A DNA stretch of 64,000 nucleotides, taken from positions 1-64,000 of the IMG/VR virus record IMGVR_UViG_3300029319_000024, one strand, 5' to 3'. Source of the stretch: an uncultured virus (IMG/VR IMGVR_UViG_3300029319_000024). Its lineage: Duplodnaviria > Heunggongvirae > Uroviricota > Caudoviricetes. The notes beneath the pieces are model-generated. The model saw nothing but the letters and a program-made list of their open reading frames with translations. It was not told the origin of the DNA and did not search any database. The position numbers were made by a program, and so were the translations under genes. Shown one piece after another: positions 39,919 through 49,568 of this stretch (positions within the stretch are counted from its first letter, which is position 1; each line of letters opens with the position of its first letter).

Positions 39919-40155
39919 ATGAGTTCAGTTAGACAAAAAGCACAAGCCATACACAAGGCTATGTTAAAAAAAGAAGAGGAAATACTAAATGGTAATCAAC
40001 CGATCATCAATGAAGATGCAAATAACGAAACCGAAGTCAAAGAGACTAAAGAAAAAACGGTCAAAAAAACTTCGACTAAAGCGAAAACTAAAAAGGTAAC
40101 TAAGTCAGCTCCTAAAAAAAGAGGCAGACCTAAGGGATCTAAAAATAAAAAATAA
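39919..40155 (+). CDS. Small basic protein with AT-hook-like KKRGRPK
   Basis: C-terminal KKRGRPKGSKNKK. Confidence 0.6.
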   Translation: MSSVRQKAQAIHKAMLKKEEEILNGNQPIINEDANNETEVKETKEKTVKKTSTKAKTKKVTKSAPKKRGRPKGSKNKK

Positions 40156-40168
40156 TATAGGAATCACT

Positions 40169-40339
40169 ATGACAAAAGTAAAATCAAGCGTAACTATTAA
40201 AGATCAAGGAGAAGTTAAATACTCTACTCCTGAAAAAATACCTAATGCTTCTGCTCCACAACCTAAAGGCTATGGCGGTGGCAAGTCAAGAGGTGGTCGT
40301 GCTGCACTTAGAGGAACTAAGTTTAAAGGCGTATTTTAA
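40169..40339 (+). CDS. Small basic protein (not in ORF track)
   Basis: MTKVKSSV...RGGRAALRGTKFKGVF; fills the gap and couples to the next ORF. Confidence 0.6.
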   Translation: MTKVKSSVTIKDQGEVKYSTPEKIPNASAPQPKGYGGGKSRGGRAALRGTKFKGVF

Positions 40340-41241
40340 TGGGATTATTTAGTACCAAATTAAGAGACGCTATTAAAGCTAAAAATCAAAGTCAAGGTCA
40401 AGGCTCTATGCCAGCTGTACCTAGACCTAGACCTACCTTAATTCAAGGTGGCCCAGCTTATTTTACTCCTGAGGGGTATGTACCTCCTGTGCAACCAGAA
40501 CAAGCTTTCATGCCTACAGATGTTATGCGTGATCCAATAGCAGATATGTTTGCTGCTCAACCACCATTAACTAGAGGGCCTAGCTTGCCCAAACCTCCGA
40601 TACCTCCTAGAGAAGATCAAATATTTATAGACGATATGCCTCCCTTAAGACAAGAACCTCCTATGATAGTAGAGGAGCCTCCAGTTATTGTAGATGAACC
40701 TCCTATAACTATTGAGGATATAGATGAAATAAGAAGAGGTAGAGGCGGCCCTCGAGGTATGGGTGGCCCTCAAATACAAAGAGCAATAGGTATGGGTGGC
40801 GATATGATGCCACCTACAATTAAAGTGCCACCTAGAGAGTTACCACCAACTAGAGATTTACTTGATTATGGCTATGGCCCAGGAATAATGCCTCCATTGC
40901 CAGATGATTTCTTTATAGAGGAAGATTTACCAAAACCACCACCAACTAGCGAAAAAATATTACAAAAACCAATCATGCCTCCAAGACGTGATGATTTCAT
41001 GTCTATAGATAGATTGATAGATAGGGATCGACCATTACCAAGACTAGATATAATGCCAATTCGTTTGCCTGAGCCTATGCCTATTTTACCTAAGCCTATG
41101 CCTATGAGACCAAGAATGCCGATGCCCGGACCCATAGCAACGCCTATGCCTATGGCACCAATAAATTTACCAAAAATAGAATTACCAAGAACAAACAGAA
41201 TGAATGTAATAGATAGACCGATGCCTATGATGTTAAGATGA
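40339..41241 (+). CDS. Pro/Met-rich low-complexity protein
   Basis: 300 aa ORF with PMP and PP repeats. Confidence 0.65.
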   Translation: MGLFSTKLRDAIKAKNQSQGQGSMPAVPRPRPTLIQGGPAYFTPEGYVPPVQPEQAFMPTDVMRDPIADMFAAQPPLTRGPSLPKPPIPPREDQIFIDDMPPLRQEPPMIVEEPPVIVDEPPITIEDIDEIRRGRGGPRGMGGPQIQRAIGMGGDMMPPTIKVPPRELPPTRDLLDYGYGPGIMPPLPDDFFIEEDLPKPPPTSEKILQKPIMPPRRDDFMSIDRLIDRDRPLPRLDIMPIRLPEPMPILPKPMPMRPRMPMPGPIATPMPMAPINLPKIELPRTNRMNVIDRPMPMMLR

Positions 41242-41280
41242 GAGGAAGAAGTAGATAGTTTAAAATTAGGAGAGAGCTAA

Positions 41281-41475
41281 TTGGACGGAATAAGACTAGC
41301 AGAGTATTTTTTAAAAACTTTGCGAGAAAGAGAGAGAAATGCTGTTGACATTATTGCTAGTGGCAATATAAAATCAATGGAAGATTACAAATATGTTATG
41401 GGAGAGTTATCAGCGATTCGCTCCTTACAACAAGATTTAAGAGAAACGCTGCAAATGGATGACATCGATGATTGA
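41281..41475 (+). CDS. Hypothetical head-region protein
   Basis: TTG start after AGGAG; EDYKYVMGELSA. Confidence 0.6.
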   Translation: MDGIRLAEYFLKTLRERERNAVDIIASGNIKSMEDYKYVMGELSAIRSLQQDLRETLQMDDIDD

Positions 41476-41965
41476 AAAAGTCGCAGAAAAAACACAATTT
41501 GAAAAACATAAAGAACAAATTGCAAAAGAGAAAGCAGAAGAGTCTTCAGAACTAGATAAAGCTTTCATAAATTCACAAGAAAGGGTATTAGATCCTAAAT
41601 TACTAGATAAATCACTACTTGAAAGAATGCCTGATCCTGTTGGATGGCGGATACTTGTATTGCCATACAGAGGCAAAGGTCAGACTGACGGTGGTATTCA
41701 GCTAGTTAAAGAAACCGTAGACAGAGAAGCTTTAGCTACAGTAATCTGCTATGTTTTAAAGGTAGGCCCTTTAGCTTATAAAGATAATAAATTTGGTCAG
41801 CCAAATAAATCTAACACTCCTTGGTGCAAACAAGGTGATTGGATCTTAATTGGCAGATACGCAGGAACTCGTTTTAGATTAGAAGATGAAAACGAAGTTC
41901 GTATTATTAACGATGATGAAGTGATTGCGACAATCCTTGATCCAGATGACATTAAATCTTTATAG
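41468..41965 (+). CDS. GroES/Cpn10-like co-chaperonin
   Basis: PVGWRILV, TDGGIQL, VLKVGP, GDWILIGRYAGT, RIINDDEVIA. Confidence 0.85.
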   Translation: MIEKVAEKTQFEKHKEQIAKEKAEESSELDKAFINSQERVLDPKLLDKSLLERMPDPVGWRILVLPYRGKGQTDGGIQLVKETVDREALATVICYVLKVGPLAYKDNKFGQPNKSNTPWCKQGDWILIGRYAGTRFRLEDENEVRIINDDEVIATILDPDDIKSL

Positions 41966-41974
41966 GAGTAAAGA

Positions 41975-42988
41975 ATGAGTGAAGAAGCATTAAACATAGA
42001 TGAACCACAAAGCATAGATGTTGAAATAACAGATGAAAAAATAGAAAAGGCAGCCCTTCCTGAAAATAGAAGGGTTGAGGAAGAGGTGCAAGAAAACCCT
42101 GTAGAAGTAGAGGTTAGTCAAGAAGTAGCACCTGTATCTGAAGATCAAATACAAGAGGATTTTGAGGCATCGCCTAAAGTAGAAGAAAAAGTAAAAGATC
42201 AATCAGATGTAGAAAAAAGAGCAGCGTTAGCTCAAAACAGAATAAACAAAGCTGTAGCACAAGCTAAAGAGTTTCAAAGAAGAGAGCTCATGGCTGTTCA
42301 ATATGCTAACGAACTTAAAGAACAAAACGAACAATTAAGACAGTCGCAAAAAGTTTTTCAATCTAATTATGGTGATGAGTTTTCAAATAGAGTTGAATCT
42401 CAACTAGCATTATCAAAACAAGCTTTAAAACAAGCTACTGAAGCTGGAGATGCAGAGGCTATAGCAACTGCAACTGAAGCATTAAGCATGGCTACTGCTG
42501 ATAAAGCTAGGCATGAACAATATAAACAACAGCAAAAACAATACGATGCTCAAGAGCAAGCGTATTTAGAACAAGCTCAACAACAACAGACCTATCAGCA
42601 AAATCAACCTGTTGAAAATGAATACAATGAACCATCAGACAAAGCTAGAGAATGGGCAAATAAAAATACTTGGTTTGGAAAAGATCAAGTTGCAACCAGT
42701 GTTGCTTTTGCAATTCATAAACAATTAGAGAACGAAGGCTTTGACACAGAGAGTGATGAGTATTATAGTGAGATAGATAAACGAGTGCGACAAGAGTTGC
42801 CTCAAAGATTTAACGTGGAAGCAGACAAAAAACCCGTCCAAACAGTCGCTTCAGCCACACGCAACACATCGACTGGACGCAAACAAAATCGTATCGAGTT
42901 GACACCGAGCGAACAAGCACTAGCTAAAAAACTTGGAGTGTCATTTAAAGATTACGCAATACAAAAAGCGAGGTTACAAAAATCATGA
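41975..42988 (+). CDS. Putative capsid scaffolding protein
   Basis: Acidic coiled-coil protein upstream of the capsid genes. Confidence 0.65.
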   Translation: MSEEALNIDEPQSIDVEITDEKIEKAALPENRRVEEEVQENPVEVEVSQEVAPVSEDQIQEDFEASPKVEEKVKDQSDVEKRAALAQNRINKAVAQAKEFQRRELMAVQYANELKEQNEQLRQSQKVFQSNYGDEFSNRVESQLALSKQALKQATEAGDAEAIATATEALSMATADKARHEQYKQQQKQYDAQEQAYLEQAQQQQTYQQNQPVENEYNEPSDKAREWANKNTWFGKDQVATSVAFAIHKQLENEGFDTESDEYYSEIDKRVRQELPQRFNVEADKKPVQTVASATRNTSTGRKQNRIELTPSEQALAKKLGVSFKDYAIQKARLQKS

Positions 42989-43485
42989 GCAAAGACATAG
43001 ATAATAAAACTGAAGATAACAGAGCTACTAGAAACTCTGATACTAGAGAAACAAACACTAGGCCAAAAGCCTGGAAGATGCCTTCAGCGTTAGAATTACC
43101 AGAGGAAGCTGTAGAATTAGCTGAATCACAAGGTATTACTTATCGTTGGATCAGAGAGTCTATACTAGGCCAAGATGACAAAACGAATGTCTCAAAAAGA
43201 TTTCGTGAAGGATTCGCGGTTGTTAGACCAGAAGAATTACCTGGCTATCATGATTTACCTACTGTCGATGATGGTCGTCACGCAGGAGTAATTGGAGTTG
43301 GTGGGTTGATACTGTGCAAAATAGATAAAGAAATCGCAGATCAAAGAAATGACTTTTTTGAACAACAAACCAATAATCAAATGTCTGCTGTCGAGAATGA
43401 CCTAATGCGTGAAGAGAATCCTGCGATGCCAATCTCGAAAGAGATTAAGTCAAGGGTGACTTTTGGTGGAGAAAACAAAGCCTAG
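42985..43485 (+). CDS. Head-region hypothetical protein
   Basis: YRWIRES...GVGGLILCKI; coupled to the scaffold gene. Confidence 0.55.
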   Translation: MSKDIDNKTEDNRATRNSDTRETNTRPKAWKMPSALELPEEAVELAESQGITYRWIRESILGQDDKTNVSKRFREGFAVVRPEELPGYHDLPTVDDGRHAGVIGVGGLILCKIDKEIADQRNDFFEQQTNNQMSAVENDLMREENPAMPISKEIKSRVTFGGENKA

Positions 43486-43530
43486 CTTTGTGAACTCTGA
43501 AGTTATAATTATTTTATAGGAGAAACAAAA

Positions 43531-44115
43531 ATGGCAAATCAAGATGCTGCTTTTGGAATGAAGCCTGTAAGAATGATGGGTGGTTCACCTTATACTGGTG
43601 GACAAAGTCGTTATAGAATAGCTGCAAACTACGGAACAAGTATCTTCCAAGGAGATATGGTTGCTCAAGTAACTGGAGGCGGTATTGAAGTACACGCTGA
43701 CGGTGGCACAGTTCCTGTGGTTGGAGTATTCAATGGATGTTCTTACACCGATCCGACTACAAGCGAACAAGTATTTAGTAATTACTATCCTGCAAGCACT
43801 AATGCTTCAGATATAATTGCTTTCGTAATCGATGATCCTAATGTGGTCTTCGAGGTACAAGCAGATGACACTTTCCCAGTGGCTGATCTGTTTGGAAACT
43901 TTGACATTGTTTACACAAGTTCAGGGAGTACCGTCACAGGTATTTCAGGAGCTGAGTTAGATGTCACAACAGGTGCAACTACAACAAATTTACCGCTAAA
44001 AGCGATTGATATTTCAGAAGATCCTGAAAATTCAGACGTTGCTACGGCAAATACAAACGTTTTAGTTGTTATTCAAAATCATATCTGCGGCATAAAAGGT
44101 GCAGGTCTAGCTTAA
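43531..44115 (+). CDS. Capsid decoration/minor capsid protein
   Basis: Beta-rich 194 aa protein directly upstream of the MCP; strong RBS. Confidence 0.6.
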   Translation: MANQDAAFGMKPVRMMGGSPYTGGQSRYRIAANYGTSIFQGDMVAQVTGGGIEVHADGGTVPVVGVFNGCSYTDPTTSEQVFSNYYPASTNASDIIAFVIDDPNVVFEVQADDTFPVADLFGNFDIVYTSSGSTVTGISGAELDVTTGATTTNLPLKAIDISEDPENSDVATANTNVLVVIQNHICGIKGAGLA

Positions 44116-44130
44116 TAAGGAGTATAAATT

Positions 44131-45039
44131 ATGGCTATTTCAAGAGCTCAATTAGCGAAAGAATTAGAGCCTGGGTTGAATGCCTTATTTGGCATGGAAT
44201 ACAACAGGTATGAACAACAACATGCAGAAATCTATGAGACAGAATCATCAGATAGAGCATTTGAAGAAGAAACCTTAATAGTAGGTTTCGGTAACGCAAA
44301 AGTAAAAACTGAAGGACAAGGCGTGGCATTTGACCAAGCTTCTGAAGGTTTTACTGCAAGGTACTCACATGAGACTATTGCGTTAGCATTTGCATTAACT
44401 GAAGAAGCTATCGAAGATAATCTGTATGATAGATTAGGAGCCAGATACACAAAGGCTTTAGCAAGATCAATGGCACACACAAAGCAAGTAAAAGCTGCGT
44501 CTGTGCTTAACAACGCATTCTCATCAAGTTACACTGGAGGAGACGGCAAGGCACTTGTTGCTACTGATCACCCACTAACAGGTGGTGGTACATTTAGTAA
44601 CAGACCAAGCACTTACACTGACTTGAATGAGACTTCATTAGAAGATGCACTTATTTCAGTTTCAACTTTTGTTGATGACAGAAATATGGTTATTGCTTTA
44701 CAAGGGCAAAAATTAATCATTCCACCACAATTACAATTTGTGGCTGATAGATTATTACAATCACCCGGTAGAGTAAGCACATCAGATAATGATATTAATG
44801 CTATTAAAAACATGGGCATGGTACCAGAGGGTTATTCTGTAAATAACTTCTTAACTGATACCGATGCTTGGTATTTAATAACAGATTGTCCTGATGGATT
44901 TAAACACTTCGAGAGATCACCTCTTTCAACTTCTATGGAAGGTGACTTTGATACTGGCAATGTCAGATTCAAAGCTAGAGAAAGATACTCATTTGGATTC
45001 TCAAATCCAAGAGCAGTGTTTGCATCTCAAGGTGCATAA
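44131..45039 (+). CDS. Major capsid protein
   Basis: MAISRAQLAKELEPGLNALFG...GDFDTGNVRFKARERYSFG; followed by a terminator. Confidence 0.88.
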   Translation: MAISRAQLAKELEPGLNALFGMEYNRYEQQHAEIYETESSDRAFEEETLIVGFGNAKVKTEGQGVAFDQASEGFTARYSHETIALAFALTEEAIEDNLYDRLGARYTKALARSMAHTKQVKAASVLNNAFSSSYTGGDGKALVATDHPLTGGGTFSNRPSTYTDLNETSLEDALISVSTFVDDRNMVIALQGQKLIIPPQLQFVADRLLQSPGRVSTSDNDINAIKNMGMVPEGYSVNNFLTDTDAWYLITDCPDGFKHFERSPLSTSMEGDFDTGNVRFKARERYSFGFSNPRAVFASQGA

Positions 45040-45055
45040 TCTTTGTTGATTATTT

Positions 45056-45082
45056 AAGGGAGCTTCGGCTCCCTTTTTTTTT
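45056..45082 (+). terminator. Intrinsic terminator after the MCP
   Basis: aagggagc-TTCG-gctccctt followed by a T-run. Confidence 0.92.
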
Positions 45083-45189
45083 GCACAAAACTAATATACA
45101 ATCAAATATCTAGGGTTTATTAACTTGTTCTACAGACTGACCTAGCAGACTAGCCAAGACAGTAGAACTTATTTTTCGGGAGAAAAATT

Positions 45190-45696
45190 ATGGCAAAAAG
45201 CACTTTTTCAGGCCCAATACAATCTTTAGCAGGATTTATTTCGGCAGGTAATGCAAACGTAGTTAGCTTAACGGCTGATACCACACTAACAGTAGCTTCT
45301 CATGCAGGTAAAATTCTTACTTGTAATGATGCAGATGGTAAATTTACTTTACCTAGTATTGTTGCAACAGATCCTGGTGATAACACTGATCCAAATCAGT
45401 TGAATAATCTAGGAGCTTCTTTCTTTTTTGTTGTAGAAACTGCAGCTACAGATATGGATATTCTTACTGATGGAACTGATAAGTTCGTAGGTGGTCTTTA
45501 TACTGGCGTAGATGATGCAACAGGTAAAACATTTATATCTGGTGCTTCAAATGATGTTATTACTTTGAATGGCTCTACCAAAGGCGGATTAGCTGGTAGT
45601 ATTATCAAAGTAACTGCTATGGCCTCAGCTAAATATGCAGTAGAGGGTATTACACTAGGATCAGGAACTTTAGTAACACCATTTGCTGACGCATAA
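45190..45696 (+). CDS. Virion structural protein
   Basis: MAKSTFSGP; T/G/A-rich beta protein after the MCP. Confidence 0.6.
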   Translation: MAKSTFSGPIQSLAGFISAGNANVVSLTADTTLTVASHAGKILTCNDADGKFTLPSIVATDPGDNTDPNQLNNLGASFFFVVETAATDMDILTDGTDKFVGGLYTGVDDATGKTFISGASNDVITLNGSTKGGLAGSIIKVTAMASAKYAVEGITLGSGTLVTPFADA

Positions 45697-45706
45697 GGAG
45701 TAGCTC

Positions 45707-46108
45707 ATGGCAGATACAGTAACTTCTCAAACTATTCATGATAGTGACAGAGTAGCGATATTAAAGTTTACTAATGAATCTGACGGAACAGGTGAATCTT
45801 CTGTTAAAAAAGTTGATGTTTCAGCTTTAGCTAAAAACAATTTAGGTGAGTCTTGCAGTAGAGTTTCTATATCACGTATATACTGGGCAACCAGAGGTAT
45901 GGGTGTAGATATAGAGTTTGATGCGAGCACTAATGTTTTAGCGATACCATTACCAGCAGATAGCACAGGAGATGAATACTATGATTTATTTTCTGGCATA
46001 CCTAATAACGCAGGATCTGGTATAACTGGAGATATTGACTTTACAACAGTGGGTCATTCAAGTGGTGATGCTTACTCTGTTATTTTAGTTTTGAATAAAA
46101 GCTATTAA
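45707..46108 (+). CDS. Virion structural protein
   Basis: AAGGAG RBS; beta-rich 133 aa. Confidence 0.55.
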   Translation: MADTVTSQTIHDSDRVAILKFTNESDGTGESSVKKVDVSALAKNNLGESCSRVSISRIYWATRGMGVDIEFDASTNVLAIPLPADSTGDEYYDLFSGIPNNAGSGITGDIDFTTVGHSSGDAYSVILVLNKSY

Positions 46109-46111
46109 TGA

Positions 46112-46414
46112 ATGGTTGTAAAAAGAAGAAAAACTAAAAATATACGTAGGACAGTTGGTAAGGGCGGTAACTTCCGCCCTACCAAGTCTGGTGCAGGCAT
46201 GACTAAAAAGGGTGTGCGTGCTTACAGAAAAGCTAATCCTGGTAGTAAACTTAAAACAGCAGTAACAGGTAAAGTTAAAAAAGGTAGCAAAGCTGCAAAA
46301 AGAAGAAAGGCTTATTGTGCTAGATCAGCAGGACAATTAAGACGTAGCTCTGCTAAAACAAGAAACAATCCTAATTCAAGAATTAGGCAAGCAAGAAGAA
46401 GATGGAAGTGTTAA
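46112..46414 (+). CDS. Small highly basic protein, copy A
   Basis: NPGSKLKTAVTGKVKKGSKAAKRRK..CARS; paralog at 58917-59183. Confidence 0.7.
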   Translation: MVVKRRKTKNIRRTVGKGGNFRPTKSGAGMTKKGVRAYRKANPGSKLKTAVTGKVKKGSKAAKRRKAYCARSAGQLRRSSAKTRNNPNSRIRQARRRWKC

Positions 46415-46639
46415 ATGGCTAAAGCAAAAAGTGGCGGCAAAATATGTCCAGCTGGTAAAGCTTGGGCTAAAAGAACTTTTGATACATACCCTTCAGCTTA
46501 TGCAAATATGGCCGCATCTAAATATTGCAAAGATCCTAACTACGCTAAAGGATCAAAAAAGAAAACAAAGAAAATGAAAAACGGTGGACTTGTTGGAATA
46601 AGGGGACAAGGCATTGTTATGAAAGAAAGACTTAGATAA
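46415..46639 (+). CDS. Small basic protein
   Basis: YPSAYANMAASKYCK; MKNGG motif. Confidence 0.65.
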   Translation: MAKAKSGGKICPAGKAWAKRTFDTYPSAYANMAASKYCKDPNYAKGSKKKTKKMKNGGLVGIRGQGIVMKERLR

Positions 46640-46959
46640 TGGGACAATTAGCTGAGTGGAGAAGACAAAACTGGGTGCGTATAGGCACAGATGGTTCTAT
46701 CAAAGGCCCGTGTGGTACAAGTAAAAATAAAAAAAATCCAGATCGTTGTTTACCAAAAGCAAAAGCACAAAGCTTAAGCAAAGCAGAAAGAGCAAAAACT
46801 GCAAGGAAGAAAAAAGCAGCAGGATCAAAAGGAAAGACTGTTGTTGCTAATACTAAAAAAGCTAGAGTATCCATGAAAGACGGTGGAGAAGTTAGAAAAA
46901 TTGCAAGAGGTTGTGGTAAAGTAATGAGCAACAGAAGAAAGAAAACTAAATATTCATAG
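46639..46959 (+). CDS. Small basic protein
   Basis: RCLPKAKAQSLSKAERAKTARKK; MKDGG motif. Confidence 0.65.
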   Translation: MGQLAEWRRQNWVRIGTDGSIKGPCGTSKNKKNPDRCLPKAKAQSLSKAERAKTARKKKAAGSKGKTVVANTKKARVSMKDGGEVRKIARGCGKVMSNRRKKTKYS

Positions 46960-46968
46960 GAGTGAATT

Positions 46969-47157
46969 ATGTTTAAAAAAACTAAAGGCTACGCTAAAGG
47001 TGGAATGGTTAAAGGCACTAAGTATATGGCTAAAGGTGGTGCAGCTAAAGGCACTAAATATATGTCAAAGGGTGGTGCTATGAAAGGTACTAAGTACATG
47101 TCCAAAGGCGGAGCTATGAAAGGTACTAAATATATGGCTAAAGGTGGAAAGGTATAA
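46969..47157 (+). CDS. Small protein made of five 12-aa xxKGTKYMxKGG repeats
   Basis: 36-nt tandem repeats; AGGAG RBS. Confidence 0.75.
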   Translation: MFKKTKGYAKGGMVKGTKYMAKGGAAKGTKYMSKGGAMKGTKYMSKGGAMKGTKYMAKGGKV

Positions 47158-47190
47158 TAATCTTTTTACCAAAACAAAGGAGAGAGCGTT

Positions 47191-47871
47191 TTGTCATATT
47201 TGATTTCAAATATACCTCAGTTTAAATGCTGGGTAAGAAAAGAGTTTACAGCTAATCACAGCAATTATCACGGAGAGTATCTACATGCTCTAGCTATTGC
47301 TGTTAATACTATTCCAGATAGATCATTAAGTTTTCAAGTAGTCTTTACAGGTTGCGAAATAGATAATCAAGAAGATGTACCAAATGTCCACGGTGGTGCT
47401 ATGTGGGCAAGAATGCCGATTCAAGCTTTAGTTGCAGACATACCATTACAAGATTGGCCAACTCCTATGGAAGATCATTTAGCACAACCTTGGGACTGTC
47501 TTAGTCATCATCATTCTGTTGTTACTATGGATAGAGTTAGTTCATCACCTTGGCTTTGTAAGATAGGTGGAGACTTCTATACAGGTAAATATTTGTTTAC
47601 AGTAGATTATACAGAAAATTCAATAGCTGATGATTCTGCTCAACATAAGCAGTCACATGTGTTATATTTAACAGACGCTGGTGAATATACTGGTAACTTT
47701 GTGGCTTTACCCAATAATAGAGTAAGAGCAACAAACCCTGCTTTATGGCGTGTTGGAGAAGGAGCACCAGACTTTATGCCTTCACAATGGATACATTCAG
47801 CAGAACAACATGAGAGTTATATGGATCCGAACATAACATTTAACAATCTATATGCTCCAGAGGAAGATTAA
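47191..47871 (+). CDS. Phage hypothetical protein
   Basis: TTG start after AAGGAG; GAMWARMPIQAL, QPWDC, QHKQSHV, ALPNNRV. Confidence 0.65.
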   Translation: MSYLISNIPQFKCWVRKEFTANHSNYHGEYLHALAIAVNTIPDRSLSFQVVFTGCEIDNQEDVPNVHGGAMWARMPIQALVADIPLQDWPTPMEDHLAQPWDCLSHHHSVVTMDRVSSSPWLCKIGGDFYTGKYLFTVDYTENSIADDSAQHKQSHVLYLTDAGEYTGNFVALPNNRVRATNPALWRVGEGAPDFMPSQWIHSAEQHESYMDPNITFNNLYAPEED

Positions 47872-48546
47872 ATGGCAACATCAAGTAGTACAAATTTTGA
47901 ACCAAATGTAACTGAGTTTGTTGAGGAAGCCTTTGAAAGATGTGGGCTAGAACTCAGAACTGGTTATGATCTTAAAACAGCAAAACGATCTATAAACCTT
48001 ATGTTAGCTGAATGGGCTAATAGAGGATTAAATCAGTGGACTATAGAGCAAGCAACTCAAACTGTAACTAAAAGCACTAATCAATATACATTAAACTCTA
48101 ATGTCATTGATATATTAGATTGTTCGTTAAGAAGAGATACTGACGGTACCGATCTTGATCTGCAAATGACAAAGATTAGCAGAAGTGAATACTTAAATAT
48201 ACCAACTAAAACCACTGAAGCTAGGCCTACTCAATTCTTTTTAGACAAACAAGTAACCCCAGTATTAAATATATGGCCAACACCAGAGAACAGCACTGAT
48301 GTATTAGTCTTTAATAAGTTAGTAAGAATGGACGATGCTGACACAGCTACCAACACTATGGACATGCCGTTTAGATTTTATCCTTGTTTCGCAGCAGGTC
48401 TTGCTTATTATATAGCAATTAAGAAAGCACCAGAAAGAGTAGCTATGTTAAAACAAATGTATGAAGACGAGTTTGAAAGAGCTATGTCTCAAGACGAAGA
48501 TAGTGCTTCTTTTAGAATATCACCTTATTTAAGAAACGGATATTAA
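47872..48546 (+). CDS. Head-to-tail adaptor-like protein
   Basis: EEAFERCG...INLMLAEWANRG; position between head and tail genes. Confidence 0.6.
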   Translation: MATSSSTNFEPNVTEFVEEAFERCGLELRTGYDLKTAKRSINLMLAEWANRGLNQWTIEQATQTVTKSTNQYTLNSNVIDILDCSLRRDTDGTDLDLQMTKISRSEYLNIPTKTTEARPTQFFLDKQVTPVLNIWPTPENSTDVLVFNKLVRMDDADTATNTMDMPFRFYPCFAAGLAYYIAIKKAPERVAMLKQMYEDEFERAMSQDEDSASFRISPYLRNGY

Positions 48547-48547
48547 T

Positions 48548-48880
48548 ATGGCATACGCAACTGGTAAATATGCAATAGCCCTTTGCGACAGGTGTGGGTT
48601 TGAATACAAGTTATCTCAACTAAGAGAGGAATGGAATGGACTAAAAACTTGTAGAGATTGTTTTGATCCTAAACATCCACAACTTGAGCCACTACCACAT
48701 GTTTCTGATCCAGAAGCTTTATATAAACCTAGACCTAACAATGATTTAGAAATAGGAGAAGGAGTAGTTTATACTAATGATAGCAATACTAATTCATCTA
48801 TGACTGCTGATCCTATAGGATCTAAAATATTAGGTTATGAAATGACAGCTTCAGTTGGAAGCGTTACAATAACAGTATGA
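48548..48880 (+). CDS. Zn-ribbon-containing hypothetical protein
   Basis: CDRCG...CRDC. Confidence 0.55.
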   Translation: MAYATGKYAIALCDRCGFEYKLSQLREEWNGLKTCRDCFDPKHPQLEPLPHVSDPEALYKPRPNNDLEIGEGVVYTNDSNTNSSMTADPIGSKILGYEMTASVGSVTITV

Positions 48881-49551
48881 CATTAGCAGAGTTAAAAACA
48901 TTAATACAAAATTACACACAAAATACAGAAACTACTTTTGTAGCAACGCTTGATGACTTTATTAAAAACGCTGAAGAAAGAATATTTGAATTAGTACAGT
49001 TTGATTTCTTTCGTAAAAATGTAACAGGTACATTAACATCAGGTAATACTTACCTTACAACTCCTACAGATTATCAAACAAGTTTTTCTTTAGCAGTTAT
49101 AGACGGCAACGGAGATTATCATTATTTAGATAAAAAACATCCATCATTTATGCGTGAATACTCTGTTGATCCAACTGATTCAACTTTAAGAGGTTTACCA
49201 AAATATTATGGAGAATTTGATAAAGAACTATCTACAGCTTCAAACAATGGCTCTACGATTATTGTAGCTCCAGTACCAGACTCAAACTACAATGTTGAGT
49301 TACATTATCTATACAAACCAAATTCTTTAGTTACAGATACTACAGGCACTTGGGTATCTAAAAATGCTAGAAACGCTTTACTGTATGGAAGTTTAGTTGA
49401 AGCTTACATATTTATGAAAGGTGAAAATGATCTATTACAGCAATACGAGCAACGCTTTGCAGGTGAAATAAATAGATTGAAAAATCTTGCAGAGGCACGT
49501 GGAAGAAGAGATGAATATCGTTACGATTCATTAAGAACTAATGTAACTTAA
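48877..49551 (+). CDS. Tail adaptor-like protein
   Basis: FIKNAEERI...ALLYGSLVEAY. Confidence 0.55.
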   Translation: MTLAELKTLIQNYTQNTETTFVATLDDFIKNAEERIFELVQFDFFRKNVTGTLTSGNTYLTTPTDYQTSFSLAVIDGNGDYHYLDKKHPSFMREYSVDPTDSTLRGLPKYYGEFDKELSTASNNGSTIIVAPVPDSNYNVELHYLYKPNSLVTDTTGTWVSKNARNALLYGSLVEAYIFMKGENDLLQQYEQRFAGEINRLKNLAEARGRRDEYRYDSLRTNVT

Positions 49552-49568
49552 GTTTCAAAAGGAGAGAG

